The notes under the pieces were generated by a model that saw only the letters and a list, made by a program, of their open reading frames with translations, made no database searches and had not been told where the DNA came from. From positions 1,235,666 through 1,299,665 of the forward strand of contig CAWIXB010000001.1 of assembly GCA_963839955.1 (NCBI GenBank): 64,000 nucleotides of DNA. Reading direction: 5' to 3'. This DNA is from an uncultured Actinomycetota bacterium (GTDB lineage Bacteria > Actinomycetota > Actinomycetes > JACCUZ01). Below, in pieces: positions 46,482 to 55,633 of the stretch. Both the position numbers and the translations under genes were made by a program. Position 1 is the stretch's first letter. Every line of letters starts with the position of its first letter.

Positions 46482-47708
46482 CTACTGGTCCTCGAGGGCA
46501 ACGTCGGTGTCGGCTAGCCGCGTCACGTCTACCGTGCGGCCGGACGTGATGAGGTCCTCGATGGGCTTGGTGACGTCCCAGACGTTGACGTTCATGCCGG
46601 CGAGCACTCGACCGTCGGCCAACCAGAACGACACGAACTCGCGCTTGGCGACGTCGCCGCGGAACACCACCTGGTCGAAGCCGTCAGGGTCGACGTAGCC
46701 GGTGTACTCCATCCCGAGGTCGTACTGGTCGGTGAAGAAGTAGGGGAGACGCTCGTAGGCCGCGTCCTTGCCGAGCATCGACTTGGCCGCGGCCGCGCCC
46801 TGTCGTCGAGCATTGGCCCAGTGCTCGACGCGCACGTGCCGGTCGAGCAGCGGATGGTAGGCGTTGGCGACGTCGCCCGCCGCGAAGATGGCGGCGTCTG
46901 CCGTACGCAGGTGCTGGTCGACCGTGATGCCGTTGTCGACGTCGAGGCCGGCGTCCGCAGCGAGGCCGACGTTGGGGGTGATGCCGATTCCGACGAGCAC
47001 GAGGTCCGCGTCCACCTGCGTCTCGTCGCCGAGGCGTACGCCGGTCACCCGGCCGTCCGTCCCCGTCACCGCATCGACCTGGACGCCGAAACGCAGGTCG
47101 ACGTCGTGGTCGCGGTGCAGGTCCGCGAAAACCTGGGCGACCTCCGCGCCAAGGACGCGTAGCAGCGGCAGCTCGGCCATCTCGAGCACGGTGACGTCGA
47201 GCCCGGACGCGCGTGCTGCCGATGCCGTCTCCAGCCCGATCCAGCCCGCCCCGATGATGACGACGCGCGGTGAACGCGCGTAGGTCGCCTTGATCTGCTC
47301 GGAGTCCTCGAGCCGGCGCAGGTACTGCACACCGTCGAGGTCCGCGCCGGGGACGGACAGCATGCGGGGGGAGGACCCGGTGGTGAGCAACAACCGGTCG
47401 TAGCCGACCGAGGCACCGTCCGAGAGCGTCACCTGGCGCGCGTCTCTGTCGATCCGGGTGACCGTGGTGTTCAGCCGCAGGTCGACGTCGTGCTCGGCGT
47501 ACCAGCCCTCGGGATGGACGAACACCTTCTCCCGCTCGGACTTGCCCAGCAGGAACTCCTTGGACAATGGCGGGCGCTCGTAGGGCCGCTGCGACTCATC
47601 GCCGACGAGTGTGATCGGACCCGTGAAGCCCTCGTCCCGCAACGTCTGCGCGGCAGTGGCGCCGGCGAGGCTGGCGCCGACGATGACGAAACCGGGGCTC
47701 TGGTTCAT
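46482..47708 (-). CDS. FAD-dependent ferredoxin--NAD(P)+ reductase (putidaredoxin-reductase-like)
   Basis: The N-terminus is VIVGASLAGATAAQTLR. A second dinucleotide-binding motif and the C-terminal reductase domain are present. The RBS is GAAGGAG. Confidence 0.85.
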   Translation of the reverse strand: MNQSPGFVIVGASLAGATAAQTLRDEGFTGPITLVGDESQRPYERPPLSKEFLLGKSEREKVFVHPEGWYAEHDVDLRLNTTVTRIDRDARQVTLSDGASVGYDRLLLTTGSSPRMLSVPGADLDGVQYLRRLEDSEQIKATYARSPRVVIIGAGWIGLETASAARASGLDVTVLEMAELPLLRVLGAEVAQVFADLHRDHDVDLRFGVQVDAVTGTDGRVTGVRLGDETQVDADLVLVGIGITPNVGLAADAGLDVDNGITVDQHLRTADAAIFAAGDVANAYHPLLDRHVRVEHWANARRQGAAAAKSMLGKDAAYERLPYFFTDQYDLGMEYTGYVDPDGFDQVVFRGDVAKREFVSFWLADGRVLAGMNVNVWDVTKPIEDLITSGRTVDVTRLADTDVALEDQ

Positions 47709-47765
47709 CTGGTCTGGGCTCCTTCGGAACGGGACTCTCGGTCATGCGGTCGGTCAGCTGCTCGG

Positions 47766-47975
47766 TCACGGTGGCCACGCCGCCTCGAACTTCTCGACGC
47801 CCTCGTCCTCAAGCACCGCGACCACGTCGTCGTAGTCGACACCGACAGCGGCCAGGTCGGCAAGCACCTGCTGCGCGTCCGCGTAGCGCGGCCGGATGGT
47901 GTCATTGAGGATTACGCCGTGGTCGGCGACGGCGTTCAACGTCGCCTCGGGCATCTCGGTCAGCGGGTCAGCCAT
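47766..47975 (-). CDS. small hypothetical protein (about 69 aa) lying between folE and the ferredoxin reductase
   Basis: The translation is [69 protein letters not shown]. The C-terminal part resembles the LE.EGV.KF..SW tail of actinobacterial transaldolases. Its function is unknown. Confidence 0.35.
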   Translation of the reverse strand: MADPLTEMPEATLNAVADHGVILNDTIRPRYADAQQVLADLAAVGVDYDDVVAVLEDEGVEKFEAAWPP

Positions 47976-48645
47976 GGTGCACGCTCCCGGTGCCATGACC
48001 CTGGCTTCGGGTGAGGGCGAAGAACTCGGCGCGGGAGCGCGCGTCGTCGCGCAGCTGTCCGTGCACCGCCGACGTCACGGTGCTGACACCGTCGGCACGG
48101 ACTCCGCGCAGCGTCATGCAGAAGTGCTCGGCCTCCAGGACGACACCGACGCCGCGCGGCGCCAGGTTGGTCTGCAGCCAGTCGGCGATCTGCTTGGTGA
48201 GGCGCTCCTGCACCTGCGGACGGCGCGCGAACATCTCGACCACGCGCGCGAACTTCGACAGGCCGAGGATGCGCTCGCCGGGGAGGTAGCCGATGTGCGC
48301 GACGCCCACGAACGGCAGCATGTGGTGCTCGCAGATCGACTGCACCGGGATGTCCCGAGCGAGGACCAGCTCGTCGTACGCCTCGTCGTTGGGGAACGTG
48401 GTCAGCTCGAACGGCCGTGGGGCGAACAGCTCGGCGTAGGCGCGGGCCATCCTCCCTGGGGTCGCCCGCAGGCCCTCGGTGTCCAGGGGCTGGCCGAGCG
48501 CTGCCAGGAACGCGGCGGCCGCTCGCTCGGCGGCGGCCAGATCGACGGGCGAGGGGTCATGGAGGACGTGCAGCGCAACGGGCCTCGAGGTCGGCGTCGA
48601 CCGGGGTACGCCGGCCCGCTCAGCGGCTTGCGCTGCGGTCATCAT
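47968..48645 (-). CDS. folE: GTP cyclohydrolase I (FolE1 type)
   Basis: The Zn-binding and active-site regions, …[22 protein letters not shown]… and …HFCMTLRGV…, are present. Confidence 0.9.
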   Translation of the reverse strand: MMTAAQAAERAGVPRSTPTSRPVALHVLHDPSPVDLAAAERAAAAFLAALGQPLDTEGLRATPGRMARAYAELFAPRPFELTTFPNDEAYDELVLARDIPVQSICEHHMLPFVGVAHIGYLPGERILGLSKFARVVEMFARRPQVQERLTKQIADWLQTNLAPRGVGVVLEAEHFCMTLRGVRADGVSTVTSAVHGQLRDDARSRAEFFALTRSQGHGTGSVHHG

Positions 48646-48652
48646 TGCCTCC

Positions 48653-48686
48653 AGGTCTAAGGGACATTATGCTGGACGTTAGACCT
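48653..48686. promoter_or_regulatory. 8-bp perfect inverted repeat AGGTCTAA-N18-TTAGACCT in the folE/regulator divergent intergenic region (candidate operator)
   Basis: Read directly. It lies between the divergent starts at 48645 and 48734. Confidence 0.35.
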
Positions 48687-48733
48687 CAGGAGAGGTTTCC
48701 GTCAACCGGTCTGTCTCTTAGAAGGGCCCAGCC

Positions 48734-49426
48734 ATGGCGTCTGACGACTTCGCGGCCCGCGTCGCCGTGGTCGCGACCCTGGCCGAGCCCGTGCGCCGCG
48801 ACCTCTACCTCTTCGTCGCGGGCCAGGCCGAGCCGGTCGGGCGCGACCTGGCCGCCGCCGGGGTCGGGGTGGCGCGCCACGTCGCCAAGTTCCACCTCGA
48901 CCGGCTGGTCGAGGAAGGGCTGCTGGAGACCGAGTTCAAGCGGCTCTCGGGCCGGACCGGACCGGGCGCCGGACGTCCGGCGAAGCTCTACCGGCGCGCG
49001 GCCGGAGAGGTGTCCGTCTCGCTGCCCGACCGCAGGTACGACCTCGCCGGGCGGCTCATGGCGCGGGCCATCAAGGACTCCGTGCGCGACGGGAGCTCGG
49101 TGGTCGACGCCCTCAGCAGCGCCGCGTCAGAGTTCGGCGCGACGATCGGCGAGGAGGCGCGCGAGACCGCAGGCGGCCGGTCGACGCCGCAGGCTGCCCG
49201 GACCGCTGCATGCGCGGCGCTGGCCGAACACGGCTACGAACCTGACGTGGACGGCGACACGATCACGATGCACAACTGTCCGTTCCACGCGCTGGCCCAG
49301 GAGTACCCCGCCCTGGTGTGCGACATGAACCTGGCGCTCATCAGCGCGTTCACCGGCCGCCTCGGGGGGAGCCTCACCCCGAGGCTCGATCCCGGCGACG
49401 ACCGCTGCTGCGTCGTCGTAACCTGA
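48734..49426 (+). CDS. winged-helix transcriptional regulator (ArsR/SmtB-like N-terminus with a C-terminal extension)
   Basis: The N-terminal HTH region is …LAEPVRRDLYLFVA…VGVARHVAKFHLDRLVEEGLLE…. It is divergent from folE. Confidence 0.65.
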   Translation: MASDDFAARVAVVATLAEPVRRDLYLFVAGQAEPVGRDLAAAGVGVARHVAKFHLDRLVEEGLLETEFKRLSGRTGPGAGRPAKLYRRAAGEVSVSLPDRRYDLAGRLMARAIKDSVRDGSSVVDALSSAASEFGATIGEEARETAGGRSTPQAARTAACAALAEHGYEPDVDGDTITMHNCPFHALAQEYPALVCDMNLALISAFTGRLGGSLTPRLDPGDDRCCVVVT

Positions 49427-49491
49427 CGCCTGCGTGGTCCGCCGACCACTCACCACCGCGCCGAGCGGGTCGGCGCTGAAGGGAGCAGGCG

Positions 49492-49863
49492 ATGGGTCAG
49501 CCGGTTGTCCACTTCGAGGTCATCGGAGTCGACGGTAAGAAGCTGCAGTCCTACTACGCCGACCTGTTCGGCTGGGACATCGACGCCAACAACCCGATGG
49601 GCTACGGCACCGTCCTGCGAGAGGGCAACCTCAACCCGGACGGCATCGGGATCGGTGGCGGAGTCGGCGTGGGCCCGGAGGGCTACACCGGGCACGTCAC
49701 GTTCTACGTCGAGGTGCCCGACGTCGAGGCCGCCCTGCAGAACGCCGAGAAGCTCGGCGGTACCCGGATCATGGGCCCGCACGAGGTCGCGGAGGGCGTC
49801 TCGATCGGCCAGTTCGCCGACCCTGAGGGCCACGTGATCGGGCTGACCCAGGCCTCCGCCTAG
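49492..49863 (+). CDS. VOC-family (glyoxalase/bleomycin-resistance fold) protein
   Basis: The 123-aa ORF has the MGQPVVHFEVIGVDGKKLQSYYADLFGW… pattern. Confidence 0.85.
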   Translation: MGQPVVHFEVIGVDGKKLQSYYADLFGWDIDANNPMGYGTVLREGNLNPDGIGIGGGVGVGPEGYTGHVTFYVEVPDVEAALQNAEKLGGTRIMGPHEVAEGVSIGQFADPEGHVIGLTQASA

Positions 49864-49876
49864 GCGTCCGTCTAGG

Positions 49877-50386
49877 GTGCGGCGTGTGCCCGACGATGAC
49901 GCCTTCGCAGATGTGCTCGCCGCCAACGAGGCCTACGCCGCTCGCTTCCGCCTCGCCGAGCTCGAGGCGCGCGCGGCCCGAGGGCTCGGCGTGCTCACCT
50001 GCATGGACTCGCGCATCGACCCGCTGGCGATGCTGGGGCTGGCACCAGGCGACGCGAAGATCCTGCGCAACGCGGGCGCACGTGTCACCGACGACGTGCT
50101 GCGCACGCTCGTCCTCGCGGACCACCTCCTCGGCGTCGACCGCGTCATGGTCGTCGCCCACACCAAGTGCCGGATGGCCGGCGGCCACGAGGAGGACGTC
50201 CACGAGGAGATCCGCGCCGCGGGCGGCCCCGACACGCGCAGCATCGCGTTCCTGACCACCGACGATCAGGAGCGCGCACTGCGCGACGACCTGCAGCGGC
50301 TGCGGTCGTGGCCCTATCTCGACAACGTCGTCGTCGGCGGGTTCCTCTACGACCTGGACACCGGCCGGCTGAGGAGAGTCTGCTGA
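49877..50386 (+). CDS. beta-class carbonic anhydrase
   Basis: The zinc ligands lie in CMDSR…HTKCRMAGG, a small-type beta-CA pattern. Confidence 0.85.
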   Translation: MRRVPDDDAFADVLAANEAYAARFRLAELEARAARGLGVLTCMDSRIDPLAMLGLAPGDAKILRNAGARVTDDVLRTLVLADHLLGVDRVMVVAHTKCRMAGGHEEDVHEEIRAAGGPDTRSIAFLTTDDQERALRDDLQRLRSWPYLDNVVVGGFLYDLDTGRLRRVC

Positions 50387-50396
50387 CGGCCATCGA

Positions 50397-50447
50397 CTGA
50401 AACGTTCGGCACCGTCAGCAACGTGATCGGGGTGCCGAACGTTTCAG
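50397..50447 (+). terminator. intrinsic terminator: 17-bp perfect stem with a 17-nt loop, then TCGGTCTTCGG
   Basis: Read directly: ctgaaacgttcggcacc…ggtgccgaacgtttcag. It begins 11 nt after the carbonic anhydrase stop. Confidence 0.6.
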
Positions 50448-50554
50448 TCGGTCTTCGGACGGCCGGAGGAAAACCTGGCCGGATGTCACATCTCGGCCGC
50501 GGCCGGTGACTCATGGGGTGACCGATGGTCAACCGACGCAACCAGGAGGACGAG

Positions 50555-51157
50555 ATGTCCGAGACCAGGATTCCCAAGACCGAGATCACCGGCGTCTACG
50601 GCGTAGTGGCCAAGAGGTTCAGCACGAAAATGCTGGGCGAGGTACCCGAGCAGCTGGATGTGATGTGGCACAACAAGTCGGTCCTGATGGGCATGATGGG
50701 CCTGTCGAAAAGGGCGAAGAAGTGGAATGAGTGCGACGAGAACCTCAAGGCCTTCGCACACATGGCGACCATGGCGATGATCGGCTGCCGGTTCTGCCTC
50801 GACCTCGGCTATTTCATGGCCCACCACGACGGTCTCGATGTAGAGAAGGCCCGCGACGTGCCACGCTGGCGCGAGTCCGACATCTTCACACCTCTCGAGC
50901 GTGACGTGATGGATTACGCCGAGGCGATGAGCCAGACGCCGCCTACGGTGACAGACGAACTCTCGGCCAGGTTGTTGAAGAGTCTCGGTGCGCCGGCTCT
51001 GCTGGAGCTGACCGCCTACGTCACGCTGGCGAACATGGCTGCTCGGATGAACATCGCGATCGGCCCCTTCGAGTCTCAGGGGTTCGCGACAGCGTGCGGC
51101 CTCCGCCCGCTGGCCGAGCCATCCACGTCGGTGGGCGTCGTAGCCTCGCGGTCGTGA
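50555..51157 (+). CDS. carboxymuconolactone decarboxylase (CMD/AhpD-like) family protein
   Basis: ATG 50555 has a perfect AGGAGG RBS. The AhpD-like core has Cys residues (…MAMIGCRFCLDLGYFMAHHDG…). The stop overlaps the sigma-factor start (GTGA). Confidence 0.8.
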   Translation: MSETRIPKTEITGVYGVVAKRFSTKMLGEVPEQLDVMWHNKSVLMGMMGLSKRAKKWNECDENLKAFAHMATMAMIGCRFCLDLGYFMAHHDGLDVEKARDVPRWRESDIFTPLERDVMDYAEAMSQTPPTVTDELSARLLKSLGAPALLELTAYVTLANMAARMNIAIGPFESQGFATACGLRPLAEPSTSVGVVASRS

Positions 51158-52032
51158 GCACGCCGAGTGGCACCGATGAGTTCGAGGCCCATCGCAGCCT
51201 GCTCTTCACCGTCGCCTACGAGATGCTCTCCTCGGCGGCCGACGCCGAGGACGTCGTCCAGGAGAGCTGGCTGCAGTGGGCCGACGTCGACCATGGGCAG
51301 GTGCGCGACCCCCGGGCGTTCCTGATCCGGATCGTCACCCGGCAGGCGCTCAACCGGATGCGGACGCTCTCGCGCCGTCGCGAGAAGTATTTCGGCGAGT
51401 GGCTGCCCGAGCCGCTGCTGACCACCCCTGACGTCGCCGATGATGTCGCGTTCGCGGAGAGCATCTCGATAGCCATGCTCACCGTGTTGGAGACGCTCGG
51501 CCCGACCGAGCGGGCGGTGTTCGTGCTGCGCGAGGTCTTCGCTGTGCCGTACGACGAGATCGGGGAGGCGCTCGACAAGACGCCGGCGGCCGTCCGACAG
51601 ATCGCCCACCGGGCGCGCCACCACGTGGCGGCCCGACGCCCCCGGACCCGGGTCACCCGCGCGGAGCAGGAGGAAGTGGTCGAGCGGTTCCTGGTCGCAA
51701 TCCGGACGGGGGACGTCGACGGGCTCCTGAGGGTGCTGTCCCCGGACGTGGTGGCAGTGGGCGACGGCGGCGGGCTGGCGCCTGCGGCTCGATGGCCGAT
51801 CCAGGGGGCGAAGCGGGTGGCGAACGCCCTGGCCGTAGTGGGCAGGACCGACGGCCTCGTCGTTCATGCCACGTGGGTCAACGGCGCGCCAGCGGTAAGG
51901 ATCGACCTCGACGGCGAACCCGTCGGTGTGGCCAGCGTGCAGGTCGAGGACGGCCGCATCATCGGGATCTACGGGATCGCCAACCCGGAGAAGCTGACCC
52001 GTCTCGATCGGGAAACGCTGCTGGCCACGTGA
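51154..52032 (+). CDS. sigJ: ECF41-group (SigJ-like) RNA polymerase sigma factor with a SnoaL-like C-terminal extension
   Basis: The sigma-2 and sigma-4 regions are present. The ECF41 signatures are YFGEWLPEP (the YVGPWLPEP motif) and a C-terminal …IANPEKL… (the NPDKV motif). It shares the typical COE genomic context with the CMD gene. Confidence 0.85.
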   Translation: MSTPSGTDEFEAHRSLLFTVAYEMLSSAADAEDVVQESWLQWADVDHGQVRDPRAFLIRIVTRQALNRMRTLSRRREKYFGEWLPEPLLTTPDVADDVAFAESISIAMLTVLETLGPTERAVFVLREVFAVPYDEIGEALDKTPAAVRQIAHRARHHVAARRPRTRVTRAEQEEVVERFLVAIRTGDVDGLLRVLSPDVVAVGDGGGLAPAARWPIQGAKRVANALAVVGRTDGLVVHATWVNGAPAVRIDLDGEPVGVASVQVEDGRIIGIYGIANPEKLTRLDRETLLAT

Positions 52033-52092
52033 CTGGGCGCTTCGGGCATGGCGCGGTCGACCGGATGACTGCGCTCCTGACAGGGTGGATGC

Positions 52093-53463
52093 ATGCTTCG
52101 CGTGGTGGTGGTGGGTTCCGGCCCTGCCGGTGCGTACGCCGTCGAGGCGCTCACCCGTGTCGGTGACGTTGCCGTCGACGTGCTCGACCGGCTGCCGACT
52201 CCCTTCGGTCTGGTGCGGTACGGCGTCGCGCCGGACCACCCGGTGACGCAGTCGATCAGCAAGGCCCTCACCAAGGTGCTCGAGCACCCGGACGTGCGTT
52301 TCCTCGGGAACGTCGAGGTCGGGAAGGACCTGACCCTCGCTGAGATGCACGAGCACTACGACGCCGTCGTCTTCGCCACCGGTGCGGCCGTCGACCGTCG
52401 GATGGACATCCCGGGGGAGGACCTGCCGGGCAGCTTCTCGGCCACCGAGTTCGTCGCGTGGTACACCGGCCACCCGAGCTCGTCCGTCGGCCGCTTCCTG
52501 CTGGACGCGCGCTGCGCCGCGGTGGTGGGCATGGGCAACGTCGCGGGTGACGTCGCCCGGATGCTCGCGAGCAGCTACGACGAGCTGCGGGTGACCGACG
52601 TGCCCGACCACGTGCTGGAGACGTTCCGGGGCAGCAGCATCGAGGACGTGCACATCCTCGGCCGTCGCGGCCCGGCCCAGTCGAAGTTCACCACCAAGGA
52701 GCTGCGCGAGCTCGGACAGATGGCCGACGCCGACGTGCTCGTCGACCCGGCCGACCTCGCGCTCAGCGACGCCGACCGCGCGGCCATCGCCACCGACGCC
52801 CGCGCCCGGCGCAACGTCGAGGTGCTGCGGCTGTGGGCCGAGCGCCCGCCGGCCGGCCGCTCGCGTCGCATCCACGTCCGGTTCTTCATCCGGCCTGTCG
52901 CGGTGCTTGGGGATTCGCAGGTGACCGGGCTCCAGCTGGAGCGCACCCGGCTCGACGACGCCGGCGTGCTGACGGCGACCGGGGAGACCAGCACGCTCGA
53001 CACGCAGATGGTGCTGCGGTCGGTGGGCTACCGCGGCCTGCCCGTGCCCGGGCTGCCGTTCGACGAGCGGGGTGGTGTGATCCCCAACGAGGGTGGCCGC
53101 GTGGTGCGCGACGGCGTTGCCGTGCCGGGGGACTACGTCGCGGGCTGGATGAAGCGAGGTCCGACCGGGGTGATCGGCACCAACAAGCACGACGCGCGCG
53201 AGAGCATCCGGTGTCTCCTCGAGGATGCGCCGTCGCTGCCGCCTGCTCCGCAGCGTGACCCCGATGCTCTGCTCCGACTGCTGACCGACCGGGGTGTCGA
53301 CGTGGTTACGTGGCAGGGCTGGGGCCACATCGAGCGGGCCGAGATGGAGCGCGGCAAGGCTCAGGGTCGCGACCGGGCGAAGATCAACGAGCTCGCCACG
53401 TTGCTGGGGGTCGCCCGCGCTGAACCCGCTCGCGACCCAGGCGAGCAGGAACCCTCGCGGTGA
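52093..53463 (+). CDS. fprA: NADPH-ferredoxin reductase FprA (adrenodoxin-reductase-like)
   Basis: The N-terminus is MLRVVVVGSGPAGAYA. A second NADP-binding GxGxxA motif (AAVVGMGNVAGDVARML) is present. Confidence 0.85.
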   Translation: MLRVVVVGSGPAGAYAVEALTRVGDVAVDVLDRLPTPFGLVRYGVAPDHPVTQSISKALTKVLEHPDVRFLGNVEVGKDLTLAEMHEHYDAVVFATGAAVDRRMDIPGEDLPGSFSATEFVAWYTGHPSSSVGRFLLDARCAAVVGMGNVAGDVARMLASSYDELRVTDVPDHVLETFRGSSIEDVHILGRRGPAQSKFTTKELRELGQMADADVLVDPADLALSDADRAAIATDARARRNVEVLRLWAERPPAGRSRRIHVRFFIRPVAVLGDSQVTGLQLERTRLDDAGVLTATGETSTLDTQMVLRSVGYRGLPVPGLPFDERGGVIPNEGGRVVRDGVAVPGDYVAGWMKRGPTGVIGTNKHDARESIRCLLEDAPSLPPAPQRDPDALLRLLTDRGVDVVTWQGWGHIERAEMERGKAQGRDRAKINELATLLGVARAEPARDPGEQEPSR

Positions 53464-53506
53464 TGGAGTCGTGGCGGGTCTGGCGCACGTCCTGGTGAGC
53501 GCCGAG

Positions 53507-54301
53507 ATGGAGCTGGTGGCAGACACCGACCGGCCGGGGTCCTGGATCCTGATGGTCGACGGGGTCGCGCAGTCCTACGTCGACCTCGAGGACCCGACGT
53601 ACCTCGCCTTCGACTACGTGCGGCGCATCGGTGACGTGCTCGACGGCCTCGGCGAGCCGGGTGCACCGTTGCGGTTCGTGCATGTGGGTGGCGCCGGTAT
53701 GACGTTGCCGCGCTACGTCGTGGCGACCCGGCCGCGCTCCCGCCAGCTCGTAGTCGAGCCGGACGAGGCCATCGTGGCGACAGTGCGCAAGCGGCTGCCG
53801 TGGCCGCGCCGGGCCGGCATCCGGGTACGTACGGCGGAGGGTCGCGCGGCGCTCACGACGATGACCGACGGCTGCGCCGATGTGGTCGTCACGGACGCCT
53901 TCACCGGCGGGACGGCTCCGGAGCACCTCACGACGACCGAGGCGTTCGCCGACGTGGCGCGGGTGCTCGGCGACGCGGGCACCTACCTGCTCAACGTCGC
54001 CGACGGGCCGCCGCTGAGTTACGGCCGAAGGGTGGTTGCGGCCGCGCTAGCCACCTGGCCCCACGTGCTCCTGCTGGCCGACGCGTCGGTCATCCGCGGC
54101 CGCCGGTTCGGCAACCTCGTGCTGGCCGCATCGGCTGCCCCGTTGCCGGAGGCCGACGTGACGCGGCAGGCAGCGGGCTCGGCGTTCCCCGCACGTGTGC
54201 TCGGTCGCGAGGGACTCGTGCGGCTCGCCGCCGGTGCGGCGCCGTCGACCGACGCCGACCCGGCCTTCTCGCCGCAGGTCCCGCGCGACCTGTGGCCCTG
54301 A
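53507..54301 (+). CDS. spermidine-synthase-like (polyamine aminopropyltransferase fold) protein
   Basis: …MVDGVAQSYVDLEDPTYLAFDYVR…VHVGGAGMTLPRYV…VVEPDEAIV… is a SAM-dependent methyltransferase-like core. The start is uncertain: ATG 53507 or an upstream GTG. Confidence 0.6.
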   Translation: MELVADTDRPGSWILMVDGVAQSYVDLEDPTYLAFDYVRRIGDVLDGLGEPGAPLRFVHVGGAGMTLPRYVVATRPRSRQLVVEPDEAIVATVRKRLPWPRRAGIRVRTAEGRAALTTMTDGCADVVVTDAFTGGTAPEHLTTTEAFADVARVLGDAGTYLLNVADGPPLSYGRRVVAAALATWPHVLLLADASVIRGRRFGNLVLAASAAPLPEADVTRQAAGSAFPARVLGREGLVRLAAGAAPSTDADPAFSPQVPRDLWP

Positions 54302-54379
54302 GTAGGTCTCAAGACCGACCTCTCGCCTGCCGATGCTGTGACGCCGGGGTTGTGCGACACGCGAACACGGAGGGCGGCC

Positions 54380-55621
54380 ATGGCCAGGCAGCGTTCGGAG
54401 GCCGACCGTCAGATCGGCGAACTCCTTCGCACCGCCAAGGACGCCCTCCATCTCAGCGTCGCGTTCCTCACCCGGATGGATGGCATCACGCAGTACCTCG
54501 AGGTGGTCGAGTCGTCGGTGCCGTTCCTGTTCAGGGAGGGCGTGACGCAGCGACAGGACACCACGTTCTGTCAGGCGATCCTGGACAAGAAGCTGCCGCC
54601 GGTCATCCCCGACGTCCGCACGTTCCCTGAGGCCATGAAGCTGCCGGCAGCCCGGATCCCCCGCATTCGCAGCTACGTCTCCGTCCCCGTCGTGCTGAGC
54701 GACGGCGCGATGTACGGCACGTTCTGCGCCGCCGGACTCACCTCCGACAAGGAGCTGACGAAACGGGACCAGGCGCTCATGCAGGTGCTCGCGCACGCGG
54801 CGTCGGTCGTCATCGAGCCTGGAGTGCGCGAACGTGCTCGCGACCGGGAGATCAGGAGTCGGCTGGACCCGGTCGTTGCCAGCGGAGGCCCGGTCGTGGT
54901 GCTGCAGGCCATCGTCGACATGCGCACCGGTCACCGCCTCGGCGCTGAGGCCCTCAGCCGCTTCCCGAGCGCGTGGCACAAGCCGCCCGACGTCTGCTTT
55001 GGGGAGGCGCACAGTGTCGGCCTCGGCGACCAGCTGGAACTGCTCGCCCTGGAGCGCGCCGCGCAGCACCTCAGCCGCATCTCCGGCTACCTGTCGATGA
55101 ACGTCTCGCCGGGCACGTTGCTCAAGCCCGAGTGTGCACGGCTGCTCGGGCGGCTCCCGCTCGAGCGCATCGTGCTCGAGCTCTCCGAGCATGATGCCGT
55201 CGACGACTACGACGCCCTTTCCGCGGTGCTCGGACCCCTGCGGGCCCGCGGCATGCAGCTGGCGATCGACGACGTCGGCGCCGGCTTCTCGTCGCTGCGT
55301 CACATCGTGCTCACGTCGCCGGACGTACTCAAGGTCGACCGAAGCATCATCAGCGGGGTGAGCACGGATCCCGTGCTGACGACCCTGGTGCGCTCGCTCG
55401 TCACCTTCGCTCACGACTGCGATGCTCGCGTCGTTGCCGAGGGGATCGAGACAGCAGCCGACGCCGCCACGCTGCGCGCCCTCGATGTCGATTTCGGCCA
55501 GGGCTGGCACTACGGCCGGGCCGGCCGGCCCGAGGACCTCGCGGACGTGCCTCCTCCTCCGGTGGCGATGCCGCCGATTCCGGCTGCCCGCACGAGGAGG
55601 GGTGTCACTCCTGTCGGCTAG
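54380..55621 (+). CDS. GAF-EAL domain protein (putative c-di-GMP phosphodiesterase)
   Basis: ATG 54380 has a GGAGGG RBS. The N-terminal region is GAF-like. The C-terminal EAL domain reads (ELSEHDAV…LAIDDVGAGFSSLRHI…DVLKVDRSI…). Confidence 0.8.
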   Translation: MARQRSEADRQIGELLRTAKDALHLSVAFLTRMDGITQYLEVVESSVPFLFREGVTQRQDTTFCQAILDKKLPPVIPDVRTFPEAMKLPAARIPRIRSYVSVPVVLSDGAMYGTFCAAGLTSDKELTKRDQALMQVLAHAASVVIEPGVRERARDREIRSRLDPVVASGGPVVVLQAIVDMRTGHRLGAEALSRFPSAWHKPPDVCFGEAHSVGLGDQLELLALERAAQHLSRISGYLSMNVSPGTLLKPECARLLGRLPLERIVLELSEHDAVDDYDALSAVLGPLRARGMQLAIDDVGAGFSSLRHIVLTSPDVLKVDRSIISGVSTDPVLTTLVRSLVTFAHDCDARVVAEGIETAADAATLRALDVDFGQGWHYGRAGRPEDLADVPPPPVAMPPIPAARTRRGVTPVG

Positions 55622-55633
55622 GCCGCGGCAGGA

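Noticed and set aside
51076-53526. 816-aa minus-strand ORF across the sigma factor and fprA
   Set aside because: It is antisense to two supported genes and has a low-complexity translation.
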